A DNA stretch of 63,779 nucleotides, filler included, from Kipferlia bialata (taxonomy: Eukaryota): NCBI GenBank assembly GCA_003568945.1. It is 5 parts of 5 records of this genome, joined end to end, with 100 filler letters (N's around TTAATTAATTAA, not from the genome) between each part and the next. Parts side by side here need not be neighbours in the genome. Positions count along the whole stretch, not along the records: positions 12,817 to 25,517 come from BDIP01001046.1; positions 25,618 to 38,274 come from BDIP01001049.1; 3 more parts are not named here. The stretch is one strand, 5' to 3'. The translations under genes were made by a program, and so were the position numbers. The notes below the pieces were generated by a model, which did not search any database, was not told the DNA's origin, and saw nothing but the letters and a program-made list of their open reading frames with translations. This document shows positions 12,900-26,849 of the stretch, in pieces. Each line of letters starts with the position of its first letter. Positions within the stretch are counted from its first letter, which is position 1.

Positions 12900-15800
12900 C
12901 TGACCCTAGTAAGAGTCAGGATGACCAGCACTATACATTCTCTCTCTCTATCTATGTACTAGTGTATATATATATACTTCCTCACCCCAGCAAGAGTCAG
13001 GATTACCAGCACCTATTGAAGAGGATACTACTCCTATATATATATATATATATATATATTTGTGTCCTCACACCCAGCAAGAGTCAGGATGACCAGCACA
13101 TGTTAAAACAGTTTACTATATCATATATACTGTATCATATTCTCTCTCTCTCTCTACTAGTATATCTATTATTCCTGACCCCAGCAAGAGTCAGGATGAC
13201 CAGCACCTGTTGAAGAGGATAGCCCCAGCCAACCTATTAGTACTACCTCAGGTACTGTCATGCTGAATATACCATATACATGTCTTATATACCGAGTTGT
13301 ATCGTGTATACAGATATCCAGACCCAGCAGTCCTCTTTGCCCATTGTAGTATACTTAGTGGATACTATGTACATTAGTGTTATACATTTGTATGTATGTG
13401 TTTGTACTGACTGTCCAGGCCCAGCAGTCCTCTCTGCCCTTTGGCTGTGAGAACTTCACACACCCTCTAGGTAATGGTGGACAATTACATACATGTATCA
13501 CTATTAGCGTGGTAATGTACATATGGGTAGTTTATATAGTGTACCCACAGAATTCTATCCTATATGCATGTAATACACTCTATATTTGCGTACGACTCTA
13601 TTACTCTATTGCCATTAGTTATCATGAACGATTGTATGTACTAATCTATATTACTCTATATTACTCAATATTACTTCATTGTTTATTAATACAAATTGTA
13701 TATATAGTATCAATTCCAACCCCCAGGCATCAACGTGACCAAGCACTGCCCCCTGTGTGTGGTTAATGCCACCAACAAGCTGCCAATCAGATCATTCCAG
13801 CTCACTCTGGAGGTATATTGCCTGTATTGCACTGTATAATGTGTAATGTAGTAGAAGAGTCCCTGACACCCAGGACTCCACCAAGCTCTTTGCCTATATG
13901 GCCATTGTCAATCTTTCTCTCTCTCTATCGCTCTGTGGTGTAATATTGTACCTAACCCTCAGGACTCCACTAAGCTCTTTGCATATGCTGCCATTGTCAA
14001 TGTGGCTGTAGATATGTATATATATATTCCATATACCTATGTTATACTATGTTATACAGAGAAGTGGGAGGAGTCTAAATCCTCAGGACTCTACTAAATT
14101 GTTTGCCTATGCGGCCATTGTCAATGTGGCTGTGGCAATATATACATGTATCACTGTATTCAATGATCTAGTGCATATATGTATGTGTGTGTGTGTATAA
14201 TAGTATTCCTTATAACCAGGACTCTACTAAGCTCTTTGCCTATGCGGCCATTGTGAATGTGGCTGTGCCNNNNGGACTCTACTAAGCTCTTTGCCTATGC
14301 GGCCATTGTGAATGTGGCTGTGCCCACATGCAATGAACAGACAGGGACAGAGAGACTGAGGGAGCCAGGTACATAGTGGATACATATGTATATTAGATCA
14401 TTAATACATATATACATATATGTAATTGTTTATGTGTATATATATGGCTTTGCCCACATGCAATGAACAGACAGGGACAGAGAGACTGAGAGAGCCAGGT
14501 ATATATGTGATATATATAGTGAATGTTAGAGTGTATATATATGTATTATATATGGCTGTGCCCACATGCAACGAACAGACAGGGACAGAGAGGCTGAGGG
14601 AGCCAGGTATAGTATGTATATGTATTAGTATATGACATAGTGTAGGTATATACTTGTGGTAACAAGGTTATGGCTCAGTCCATAGATGAAACGAACAGAC
14701 TGGGAGAGAGAGGCTGAGAGAACCAGGTTGGTATGATTATATATACGGGGAGTTCTTTATGATGGACGTTGTAAATTTGGTCTTATCAGTTTCCCTTGGA
14801 GTGGAGTGGAGTGATTAATATGTCCTCTGACCCCAGGCAGCATGTCGGACACCTTGAGCACTGGCCTGGACTCACTAGGTATGTTTAAGTATAGTATATA
14901 CATAGATATGTAATATATATATATGCATATATATATATATATCTCCGCACTGGACTGGACTCACTAGGTGTGTTTATGTACAGTATATTAGTTTGCTATA
15001 GTATATATATATATATATATATATATATTCACTCACATTATTATCTCAGCACCGGACTGGACTCATTAGGTACAATGGGCACTGTATAGTATTGTGTACA
15101 TTGATTGTATGATGGATTCCAATGTATATATGTTGTCACATATTTACTCAAATTATGCTTTGAAGCCGAGTCGCAGTGCCACTGCTATGATACCATTCAT
15201 ATATGTATATGGCATAAATACATTGCAGATCTACTATTTATACACTCATACCACTGTTTATACGCTAACTCTCAGGCATCGAGGCCGAGTCCCAGTGCCA
15301 CTGTTATGATGGCATGCAGGGAGAGGGGGAGAGAGAGACTGGGAAGGAGGATGACCTCTACTGTGCACCCTTTGCCCTGGTGTTATACAGTAGGTATACA
15401 TATATTGACATATATATAGTAATAGAGATACCATTGTATATGTAGTTATGTGTATGTATATATGAAATGTGTACTGGTGTTATACAGTAGGTATGTATGG
15501 ATATGTACATATACACCATATAGATATATAGATATACAGTAGGTATACATATATACATGTTTAGAACTCTATCCATATATATATATATGTATATATATAG
15601 AGATACCATTATGTATGCAGATATGTATATATATACATATGAACTCTGGACCCTTTGCACTGGTGTTATACAGTAGGTATGTGTGGAAATATAGTTATAC
15701 ACCATATAGATATATAGATATACAGTTGGTATACATTGACACATACTAATATACTTTTACTTGTACATCGTATCTGTCTTACTCCAGACACCAGTTCCAC

Positions 15801-16322
15801 GATACAACCATATGTATATATACAGTGGGTATATACATTGGGTATATGCAGTTGGTATATACGTTTATGCGCATACGTGTAGTACCAATCTCACCCTAGG
15901 CACCAGTTCCACGAGACATTCAAGTACATACGACCCAATTAGATATACCCATATATACTTTCGTCATTGTGCTCTTTTCTGACTAATATCAATATAACCC
16001 CCTAGGCACCAGTTGCACGACACATTCATAAATAATAGTATATATATAATTGTACCCGTGTGCTATCTACCAACATTGTACCTTTGTATCAACCTTAACC
16101 TAGGCACCAGTTCCACGAGACCTTCAAGTCCATCCTGGACACAACTGTCAAGCACGTCGAGAATGAGCCATTGTATGCATTTGACAGGTAACGGCAGTAA
16201 CATATATTATATATATATAGAAACACATATTCATATAGTTTCTATCTATGTCTCTACATGCTCATTGTATGCATTTGACAGGTAGGATATCAATATGTTT
16301 GATATGTTTCACGCCCTGCACG

Positions 16323-16354
<32 letters not shown>

Positions 16355-16420
16355 ATATATATGTATATACCCTCATTTCAGACTGGTTGAGTTTGCCCAT
16401 GATCTGTTTGACGCCCTGCA

Positions 16421-16451
<31 letters not shown>

Positions 16452-17252
16452 TGTGTCTATATATATATATATATACCCTTATTCTCAGACTGGTTGAGTT
16501 TGCCCATGATCTGTTTGATGCCCTGCACTCTGTGGATGTACCAGAGCCAGGGTGTACTAGAGTAGTGAGGTATATACACTATATATACATATATATATAT
16601 AATGTATATATATATGATACTGTATATGTATATATACATATATGCCCTGCACTCTGTGGATGTGCCCGAACCGGGATGCACTAGAGTAGTGAGGTATGTA
16701 CTATATATATGTACATCATTGTATATATATATACATATATATATTTATACATTTATACATATGCCCTGCACTCTGTGGATGTACCCGAACGTCATCATAT
16801 ACTATATGGTACATTTGTATCGTTCATATTCTTTTAATATATACTATTGTTTTACCTCTAACCCCAGCTACTTCAACCGGTATGCCCACGATGAGAACAA
16901 GCTGATCCCAACTCTAGGTACCATGCACTTTGCCTGACAGTTGTGTATCCATGTATATTCACACATGTACTTGTATATACAGGTATACATCTCATGGGTA
17001 TGTCCACGATGAGAACAAGCTGATCCCAACCCTAGGTATGGACGTATATACATCTAGTATACCTACTGTATATGTGTAGTATATGTACCTAACCCCCAGG
17101 CGAGAGCGGTGTCCTCAAGGCTGGTACCCCTGGGGAGAAGGAGGATACCCTGGACAGTGGACCCGAGGGTATGTATATATATATATGTCTATAGAGAGAG
17201 AGAGAGGGAGAGACGGAGGACACACTGGACAGTGGACCTGAGGGTATGTATA

Positions 17253-17297
<45 letters not shown>

Positions 17298-19415
17298 AGG
17301 ATGATACCCTGAACAGTGGATCCGAGGGTATGAATATATATATATATATGTATGAATACATATGTATATATAGAGAGAGAGAGATAGAGAGAGGGAGAGA
17401 AGGAGAATACACTGGACAGTGGGGCTGAGGGTATGTGCATAAGTATATAGAGATAGAGAGAGGGGAGAGAGAGAGAGGATACACTGAACAGTGGACCAGA
17501 GGGTATGTGCATTATTGTGTATATTTACTATCTCGTATATTGAGAGAGAGATAGAGAAAACGTATATGTATATATATATAAATATACTTATGGTACATCT
17601 AATCCTCAGGCCGCACCATGTCCTTCCACTTCCAGAGACCCCCCTCCAATGAGCCCCCCCTCTCGGACATCGACTATGCTCAAGTGAGTAAGTGTATATA
17701 TGTAATATATAGTGAATCATGTGTACTATGTATATAGATATATGTATATATATATATATGGAGAGAGAGAGAGAGAGACCCCCCTCCAATGAACCACCCC
17801 TGTCAGACATCGACTATGCCCAGGTACAGTTATTACCAAATATATATACATAATATATAATGTATTTGTATATATGAGAGAGAGGAAGGAGGGAGAGGAG
17901 GCTCTTTCCAGTACCTGTCAGACATCGACTATGCCCAGGTGAGTTTATATGTAATTGTATTATATATATAGAGAGAGGATATTCATGTATATAGAGAGAT
18001 AAGAAGGGGGGAGAGGAGGCTCTCTTCCAGAGACCCCCCTCCAATGAGCCACCCCTCTCAGACATCGACTGAGACCAAGTATATATATTTTTTAGACGCG
18101 TATATATATATGTATATATATATGTTTGTGTATGTATATCTTTACCCCAGGCCCTGTTTGGCTGTCTGCCCCCTGAGGTTGTGGTGACACTCTTCAGTGC
18201 ACTCCTGAGGTAACATATATGTGTAGTGTTTACATTTAGTGAGTGCTCTGTTGAGGCAATGATTGTTCATTGACATCCTTCTCTCTATTAATGGATCATT
18301 TCATACATTTACTAATGACCAGATGTTTAGGAGTTCAGTTATGATTTCATTTCTAATGATCAGGGAGCAGCAGATTGTCTTCATGGCCAGAGAGCACGAC
18401 ATGGCCAATATATATATGTATTGATATATACTCATATATATATATACTACATACTATTACATAACTAACCCTTAGAGAGCAACAGATTGTCTTCATGGCC
18501 AGAGAGCACGACATGGCCAACCTCTGTGACTGTTTCATGGCTCTGCTCTCTCTGCTGCACCCTTTCACATGGCCATATGTGTCAATCCCCTTGCTGCCTC
18601 TGCCAATGGCACAAGTATTACAGGTATCTACAGATTGAGATATATATTGATAGATACACTACCAGTGTATGTATCCATTCCCCTGCTGCCCCTACCAATG
18701 GCACAAGTGCTGCAGGTACCGTCTCTCTTTCTCTCTCTCTCTCTTTGAAACTCAACCCAAACGCACCTTAGCGGTCGGTATCTTCTATCGCCAAATAGGT
18801 ATGTTTGTGTACCACTCCTAGTCCTTACCTTCTTGTGCCCCCTTACCTCCTAGCCCATGCCCTTTGTGGTCGGTATCACCAATCGTACATATTCATGTAT
18901 ATATATGACAATGTATGGCATTATGTATTGGGTATTAGGCATTACGTATTAGGTATTAGGTACTATTATATATGTATTATCTATGTATATACCCTCTTAC
19001 TCTCCAGGCCCCCATGCCCTTTGTGGTCGGTATCACCAAGGACGTCAACTACCTGGGTATGTGATTAGTCTGCTACACACTCATATGTATTGTCGTGACT
19101 ACATATGGCTACTCGACTATTTTGTTCTGTATTTACCAACCTCTAACACCCAGTCTCCTGGCTGGCCAAGAAGGACCACATCCTTAAGCTCCACACACAT
19201 ATATATAAGTGTAGCATATATACTTTCTACCTTAATATATATATCTAATCACTAGTCTCCTGGTTGGCCAAGAAGGGCCACATTCTGAAGCTCCACATAT
19301 ATATATATATTCGTGTAACATTTATACTTTCTACCTATATGTATCTGACACTAGTCTCCAGGCTAGCCAAGAAGGACCACATTCTGAAGGTTGACCTGGA
19401 GGCATATCTCAGCCC

Positions 19416-19451
<36 letters not shown>

Positions 19452-21245
19452 GTTTAGCATATACACTTTCTGCCTTTATATATGCATCTAACTCAAGTAT
19501 CATGGCTGGCCAAGAAGGACCACATTCTGAAGGTTGACCTGGAGGCAGCTGCCCTGCACAAGAGCAACCCCAGGGACAGCACCAACCCACCCATATTGAC
19601 AGGTACATTACGTATANNNNNNNNNNNNNNNNNNNNNNNNNNNNNNNNNNNNNNNNNNNNNNNNNNNNNNNNNNNNNNNNNNNNNNNNNNNNNNNNNNNN
19701 NNNNATATATATATATATATATGCATTATTGTAAGTAGGAGCAACCCCAGGGACAGCACTAATCCACCCATTCTGACAGGTACAGTGTATGTGTATATAT
19801 ATATTGTTGTATATATGTATATATTGTATATATATTATTGTTGTATGAGCAACCCCAGGGACAGCACTAATCCACCAATTCTTACAGGTACAGTTTCTGT
19901 TTCTTTCTATAGTGGTTTCATGTGTATATGTCAATTATAATACCTTTACCCTCTAGGCCCCGGTGTGAGTGTGGATGTCGTAGCTGGGTTCCCATATTAT
20001 ATATGTACTGTATATATATATGGTATACTAGTACATGTCTAATGCATCTAATACCTAGGCCCCGGTGTGGGTGTGGATGTTGTGGCTGGGTTCCGGCCCT
20101 TGCACCTGAGACTCAACCTGGCCACGCTCAGTGAGGTATGGATATATACATAGGATATACATACAAATACACTAATACTCTCTATGTATATGGCGAAATT
20201 AGTATATGAAAGTACAAACATTAGAAGACTCAATGTCTCTCACCCCCAAGGTCACCTCTGAGTTTGGTGACCCAGACCTAAATATTAACATGACATCGTC
20301 AGTGTTACATAGTATATATACCTTAGAGAATATATCCTAATATTTAATAGTCCTGTATATACCTAACCCCAGGTCACCTCTGAGTTTGGAGACCCCGACC
20401 TGCCCCCACTCCCACCCACACACGTCACCAGGTGTGTATATATATATATATATGTACTCTATATGTATAAGGCTATGTATATTCTAAGGGGTATTTAGGA
20501 AATATATGTAGTGTGATAATACTCTGATACTGACCTGCCCCCACTCCCACCCACACACGTCACTAGGTATGATTCGATAATGATACATTCATTTATATAC
20601 GCATATATATGTAGGGTATTCAGTATATAACGTAGGATACTGACCTTCCACCCCTCCCACACACGTCACAAGGTATGGGTGTATATGCATATATTTCATT
20701 GTAATATGTTCATCGCCTCCACATGCTTCTTACCCTCAGACTTATGGCCACCATGGGCAGATACCAGCGTAATACAATAATCTTCCTAACCTAGTAACAT
20801 ATCCTATGCTATTTGTATGTTATTCTGTATATATACATTATTCTGTATATATACCTTATTCTAGGTTAATGGCCACCATGGGCAGATACCAGCGCAACAG
20901 CTACTATGACGACTATACCACTATTTCATCTTGTTTGAATACTGTTTGAGTCTTTTAACTCTCCTTACATCAGGTTGATGGCCACTATGGGCAGATATCA
21001 GCGCAACAGCTACTATGATGACTATGCTGCAGTGCCAGAGTCATTCCTCAGTGCTGAGAGCATCGACAACTTATACAGGCTAGCAGATAGGTATACATTA
21101 GTTCTTACATCCAGTTTCTCTCAAATAGCCTCGAATATACACTCATTTGCAGACTAGACCGCCAAGTCTCCCAACATACCCCGTCTGCCATGACTAGTAC
21201 ACAGACCCAGGTGGCCATACCCACACTGACGGATAAGAGGTATGG

Positions 21246-21313
<68 letters not shown>

Positions 21314-21365
21314 TATTTGTGTAGACCCAGGTGGCCATACCCACACTGACGGACAAGAGGTATGG

Positions 21366-21405
<40 letters not shown>

Positions 21406-22568
21406 GGAGAGAGAGAGAGGGAGAGAGAGAGAGAGGAGGTATGTACACAGAACCAGGTGGCCATACCCACACTCACGGACAAGAGGTATGGATATATATA
21501 TATGTATATATATATATATAGAAGGAGAGAGAGAGTGTGTGTGTGTTTGTACAGACACAGGTGGCCATTCCCACACTCACGGACAAGAGGTATGGATATG
21601 TGTATGGGTATATATATTAATGAGTACAACTGACCCCTAGAGTCCCTCTAGGCCACACCCTCAAGGGCAACACTGTGCTAAGGGATCAGTTCCTGGCATA
21701 TGGGAGACCATGCTCAAAGGTACATTATTTACACGATACATTACTACACAATGTAGATGATAATGTGTGTGACAAGTCTACTAACTGTGCCAGGCTAGGC
21801 AAGTACTTACGCGATGGCGAGATGAGTCTATTGTATATATATATATTATGAATACACATACACGTTCACTAGTGACAAGTCAACTGACTGTGACAGGCTA
21901 GGCGCACAGACAGTGGTGACAAGGTGGCAGATGACACCATCACAGACACAGAGTACCACGCCACACTGGGTACTAGGTAAGATGTGTTATGTATTGTGAG
22001 TAATGTACTAATTTCATGCCAATATTTACCAGGTGCCATCACCTAACCCACCAGGCTAGGCTCATGTCTGCCAGTGCATATATGGGTACTCAACTTGAAC
22101 CCTATATTTATCCATGTATATGACTTCTAACCCCCAGACTTGGCTTCATGTCTGTCATTGTATCCTTGCTCCTAGGGTTTGACAAGGCACTCAAGACAGG
22201 GATCACCAGTAGGTATCACCGCGTAATACATATTCCACATCGCGTAGGTGAAGCTTCCTAGCATTGGGGACTTACCATACACTGTGTAGTATTCTGTATC
22301 GCGTCACTAACCCCAGCATGCGTCTGGACGATGTCATTGACATCCCGCTCTATCTGAGCCAGACTGGGAATGACCTCCTGCCATTCAGGTATTGTACTGT
22401 ATATATTTCTAGATATGTAGATTGTGGTCTCTCTCTTCATCTTTACGTTTGTCATCTAATGATAGGCGGAAGCTAGTAGAGACCCAGCAGTTCCAGCTGT
22501 TCATCCAGACCTTTGGCATATCGGTCGAGAGAGAGAGGGCCGAGAAGAGGTACAGGGATATATATACG

Positions 22569-22604
<36 letters not shown>

Positions 22605-23263
22605 ACGGAGAAGAGGTATATACTATATTGAAAGAATGTATCCATTTTTCAAGTTGTTACATCAGAATGAAGATTAGGTAGAGAAGGTGTGTGCTATGCG
22701 TTGAATACAATGGTGGATATTGAATAGAGAGAGTCTCTGCTCTTCAACCCTGTATGTATATACCGCCCTCACCCCTAGGGCGAGAGAGGCCTCAGGAGAG
22801 AAGGGTACAGACTCTGTAGGTACACTAGGTGTGTGTGTCGTATTCAATCCATATCAATTGTATGCATGGTGTGTGTTTAGTACATATAATGAATATGTAA
22901 TTTTAGAGAGAGGGCGAGAGAAGGCAACAGACTCTGTAGGGACACTAGGTGTGTGTGTCTATTGTCTATAAGTATATTTTATGTCACTTCAGTCTTGTTG
23001 GGTATGCATGTGTGTGAATGCACCCGGTCTCACCCTAGGCGGTATGTCCCTGAGGGAGAGAGAGGGCGGCAGCATGGATAGAGTATATTTATCACATATG
23101 CATAGCATTGAGGTCTACACTCCAGTATGGATGAGAGGGAGAGAGAGAGAGGGAGTAATAGGGAGAGGGTGCGGGAGAGGCAGATTGAGGTCCCACACAC
23201 ATTCATAGCCATGATGACCCAGCAGGCTATATACAAAATGTGAGTATGATATATATACATATA

Positions 23264-23312
<49 letters not shown>

Positions 23313-24361
23313 TTACAATAAATACATTCATAGCCATGATGACCCAGCAGGCTATTTACAAGATGTAAGTAAAGACTATTCTGTATATATATATATATAC
23401 ATATATATATTGGTATCCTGCAATATACATTCATAGCCATGATGACCCAGCAGGCCATATACAAGATGTATGTAATGGCTATTATAAAGATATATATTGG
23501 TATCATATATATATATATATATATTCTTTCAATATATACATTCATCGCCATGATGACCCAGCAGGCTATTTACAAGATGTGAGTGCAAGTGCGTGTCTCT
23601 CTCTATATTTATATACATTCTCACCCCCAGGGCCACTCAGACTGTGCTGTCCAATCTCTCTCTCTCGTCCTCTAAATATCCATCTATATGTATATATTCC
23701 TCTCTCTATCTATATATGCCCTCATTTCAGGGCCACCCAGACTGTGCTGTCCAAGCTCAGCCTCAGGGCAGGGCTCTTCAAGGTACTATATGTGGATATT
23801 ATATATATATGTATATATATACCTATGTACATACATATATATTGGCAGTGGTAGGTGAGTACATAGATATATCACTCTGCTGTCCAAGCTCTGTCTCAGG
23901 ACAGGGATATACAACGTAGGCATCACTCTCAGTATTCGTATCATGATATCAGTCTCATAGTCTCTCTCTCCCTCTCTTCCGCATTATTGTCCGAGGTCGG
24001 GGGGGGGGGGGTAGAGAGAGAGAGTTCCGTATTCACATTTCAGTACATTAGCGTCTAGACCCTATATGTTAACCCCAGGTTGGCAGGAGGCTGCACAACT
24101 GAATGAAGTAATTATTAGTATGAATTCCCCCGTCTCTCATTCTTCTCCATCCCTCATTGTCTTCTCTCATTTACCCCAGGTTGGCAGGAGGCTGACTTAC
24201 AATTACGTCAATCACCATTATCTGTCTGTTATGTATATATATATATATCCCTTATTAACTCTAGGTTGGCAGGCGACTGCACAACATGAAGGACAGGCTG
24301 TTCCAGCTGAATGACAGGGAGATATCATACTACAAGGTATCAGTAGTATATATATGGTATA

Positions 24362-24392
<31 letters not shown>

Positions 24393-25330
24393 GAAGGACA
24401 GGCTGTTCCAGCTGAATGACAGGGAGATATCATATTACAAGGTACATATGAAGCATTTGACCAGTACACTGTCAGTTAGATGCGGATAGGGATTATTAAA
24501 ACTATATATACTCACCCACAGGGCTATGGACAGAAGCTGGAGAAGCGTGGCTCCATTGTACTGGTGGACGATGACACCCACATCGACGTCTCAATAGGTG
24601 CAAATTGTGTTTGTGATTAATTCAATGACTCTTCCTCTGACTGAACAGAGAGTTTAACATTTCTATGCACTCTCACCCCAGTGCTTCCCATCGCTGCCGG
24701 TCTCTACAACGTGTATGGAAACAGGGTATGTGGTAACCAGAATATCGATATAAGTAGTGAATATATATACAACTATTCTGATGCTTAGGTCCCTGACGAG
24801 GAGACCCTTCGCAAGAGAGAGAGACAGAGAGAGAAGGACATTAGGAAGGGCATAACTGTAGACAGGTATCATATATATATGTATATATGTATATATATAG
24901 AAATAAATATGTATAGAGAGAGACAGAGAGAGAGACACACACACACAGAGGGAGAAGGACATCAGGAAGGGTATCACTGTAGACAGGTATGCCCTTCTCT
25001 GCCACAGTGTGGATACCTCTGTGTGACCAAGAGACATTGTGGCCTTGACCAGTTGATACCTCCATGCGAAATTGAGATTGGTTGTAGTTATTCTCAGTGA
25101 CTCTCCTTATTACCCACTCTTATTTGCAGGCACAAGGTCTATGTCTCCAAGGCCAGACTCACACCCTATATATATATATATATATATGTGTATATATACT
25201 ATGTACTATAATACATACTATATACATGTGCATGCCCTTCTTACCCCAGGCACAAGGTCTATGTCTCCAAGGCCAGACTCACACCCTATGCCACGACAGG
25301 AGATATCGAGAGGGCTTTCGACTCTAGGTA
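12900..25330 (+). repeat. Intronic stacks of partial exon copies interleaved with (TA)n/(CT)n/(GA)n microsatellites (DENN gene)
   Basis: e.g. head copies at 13874, 13963, 14087; tail copies near 14445, 14552, 14670; head copies 19154, 19256, 19355; tail copies 17213-17502, 21322-21589, 23322-23578. Confidence 0.95.
13185..25327 (+). CDS. DENN-domain (Rab GEF) protein with C-terminal PH domain; truncated at both ends
   Basis: cDENN: ALFGCLPPEVVVTLFSALLREQQIVF...ALLSLLHPFTWPYVSIPLLP...VLQAPMPFVVGI...VDLE; dDENN: LVETQQFQLFIQ; PH: RAGLFKVGRRLHNMKDRLFQLNDREISYYKGYGQKLEKRGSIVL; about 30 exons. Confidence 0.9.
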
Positions 25331-25468
25331 TATGAATGTATATATATATATATATATATATATTTATGTCCTTGATATTTGTTATTATATCTATATATAT
25401 ATATATATATATTCACCCCCTATGCCACTACAGGGGACATCGAGAGGGCATGTGACTCAATGTAAAGA

Positions 25469-25511
<43 letters not shown>

Positions 25512-25517
25512 TTTCTC

Positions 25518-25617
25518 NNNNNNNNNNNNNNNNNNNNNNNNNNNNNNNNNNNNNNNNNNNNTTAATTAATTAANNNNNNNNNNNNNNNNNNNNNNNNNNN
25601 NNNNNNNNNNNNNNNNN
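25518..25617. other. Artificial scaffold linker
   Basis: N44-TTAATTAATTAA-N44. Confidence 0.97.
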
Positions 25618-25695
25618 TTGTGGTGCTATCTCGAGGGGGGGGGGGGGGGGGGGGCGGAAGAGAGAGAGAGAGAGAGGGAGAGAGGGCGATAATAC

Positions 25696-26086
25696 CTGCA
25701 TCTCTGGGCCACCTTAAACAGGTTCCACTCATCCATGCCAGGGGGGCGCCTTCTCTTACCTGCCGCTAGTCATTAGAACACGAGAGATACACACAGACAA
25801 AAGCATACACATACTAGTACCTCGCTCTAAGCTGCGACGTATGGGTGACTCTTCGGGAGTGTCTCTCTCTGCCCAACTACCGTTACCGCCTACGGGTGCT
25901 GTACCACGCTTCGTCTAGGAAGAGAGTGTAGAACCCTGTGTAGGAAGGTATCCTTGAGTGATGCTATGGACCCGACACTCCACTCTCTCTCAGGCTATAA
26001 CAGAGACTACCATAGACATAGTGGCATCTCTAGGCGGTTGAGGCCGCTCTACCGTACTGAAACCGGCATTATGGACACAAGATACC
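25696..26086 (-). CDS. 5' exons of a minus-strand gene, possibly an HMG-box-like start (KRRRPPGMDEWNLFK)
   Basis: Phase-compatible exons VHNAGFSTVERPQPPRDATMSM / TKRGTAPVGG...RRSLER / AAGKRRRPPGMDEWNLFKVAQRC; runs off scaffold at poly-G; divergent from ATG 26275; start codon not resolved. Confidence 0.45.
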
Positions 26087-26274
26087 CTAGTTAGAGAGAG
26101 TTGTTGACCGAGTCGATTCAACTGTCGAAAGCTGCATTAAACCCTTTTGTATTAGTAACCGCAAAAAGATTCGGCCACCTCTTCTTGACAAGTGGTATAG
26201 CCCCAGTGTGTTGATAGTTGTTCACCTCAGACTGGTGTGGGTGTCAGGAGAGAGTGCATAGTGTTGTGTAGTAG

Positions 26275-26727
26275 ATGGATGAGTGTATCCCTGCCTGCAG
26301 TGGGGGAGATGGGTGCAATAGTGCGGCAGTAGTACCCGATGTGAGTGTGCCTGATAGTGATGCCCCCACTGTACCAGAGGCAGAGTGTAGAGAGGGAGAG
26401 TGCAGAGATGGGCTGAGGTTGGCCACCCCTCTGTCAGAGAGTGAGGAGAGACACTTTAAGGTGAGGCATATACCATATCATCATTCTAGATACTATACTG
26501 CATGCTATACATATACAATACCAGCACAGATACTTAGTTATGTATATATGTGTGTATGTGCGGCGGTATATTTGTGTATGTGCTTCGTCCTAATCCCCCC
26601 TCTTTCTAGGAGGATGTCACACCTTCCCTATTCCCATGTCATATATATCTGACCTCAGACAGTGACCGTCTGGACTAGGTTCTCAAGGAGAGAGGAGTTT
26701 CCACCAGCAGACCTTGCAATTCAAAAT
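26275..26727 (+). CDS. First exons of a hypothetical protein (MDECIPACSGG...EERHFK / TVTVWTRFSRREEFPPADLAIQN)
   Basis: ATG 26275, donor GTGAGG after 26460, donor GTAAGT after 26727; followed by a poly-C/poly-G junction, so linkage to the next gene is uncertain. Confidence 0.5.
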
Positions 26728-26849
26728 GTAAGTATTAACCGTATTGTGTGTCTTGATATCCCCCCCCCCCCCCCCCCAAGGGGGGGGGGGGGGGGGGGGG
26801 GTACTCATGAGATAGGATACTGATACACAGATAGTGACACACTCACCAG

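Noticed and set aside
14220..14325. Identical fourth copy of the DSTKLF exon head
   Set aside because: Identical sequence on both sides of a 4-N gap, most likely an unmerged contig overlap; not counted as evidence
13874..14730. Ordinary mutually exclusive exon cluster (Dscam-like)
   Set aside because: Copies are truncated and carry only one splice site each, so they cannot substitute as complete exons by normal splicing
21152..21240. Stop-codon reassignment (as in hexamitid diplomonads)
   Set aside because: Apparent in-frame stops vanish with correct splice phase; genes end in TAG or TGA under the standard code
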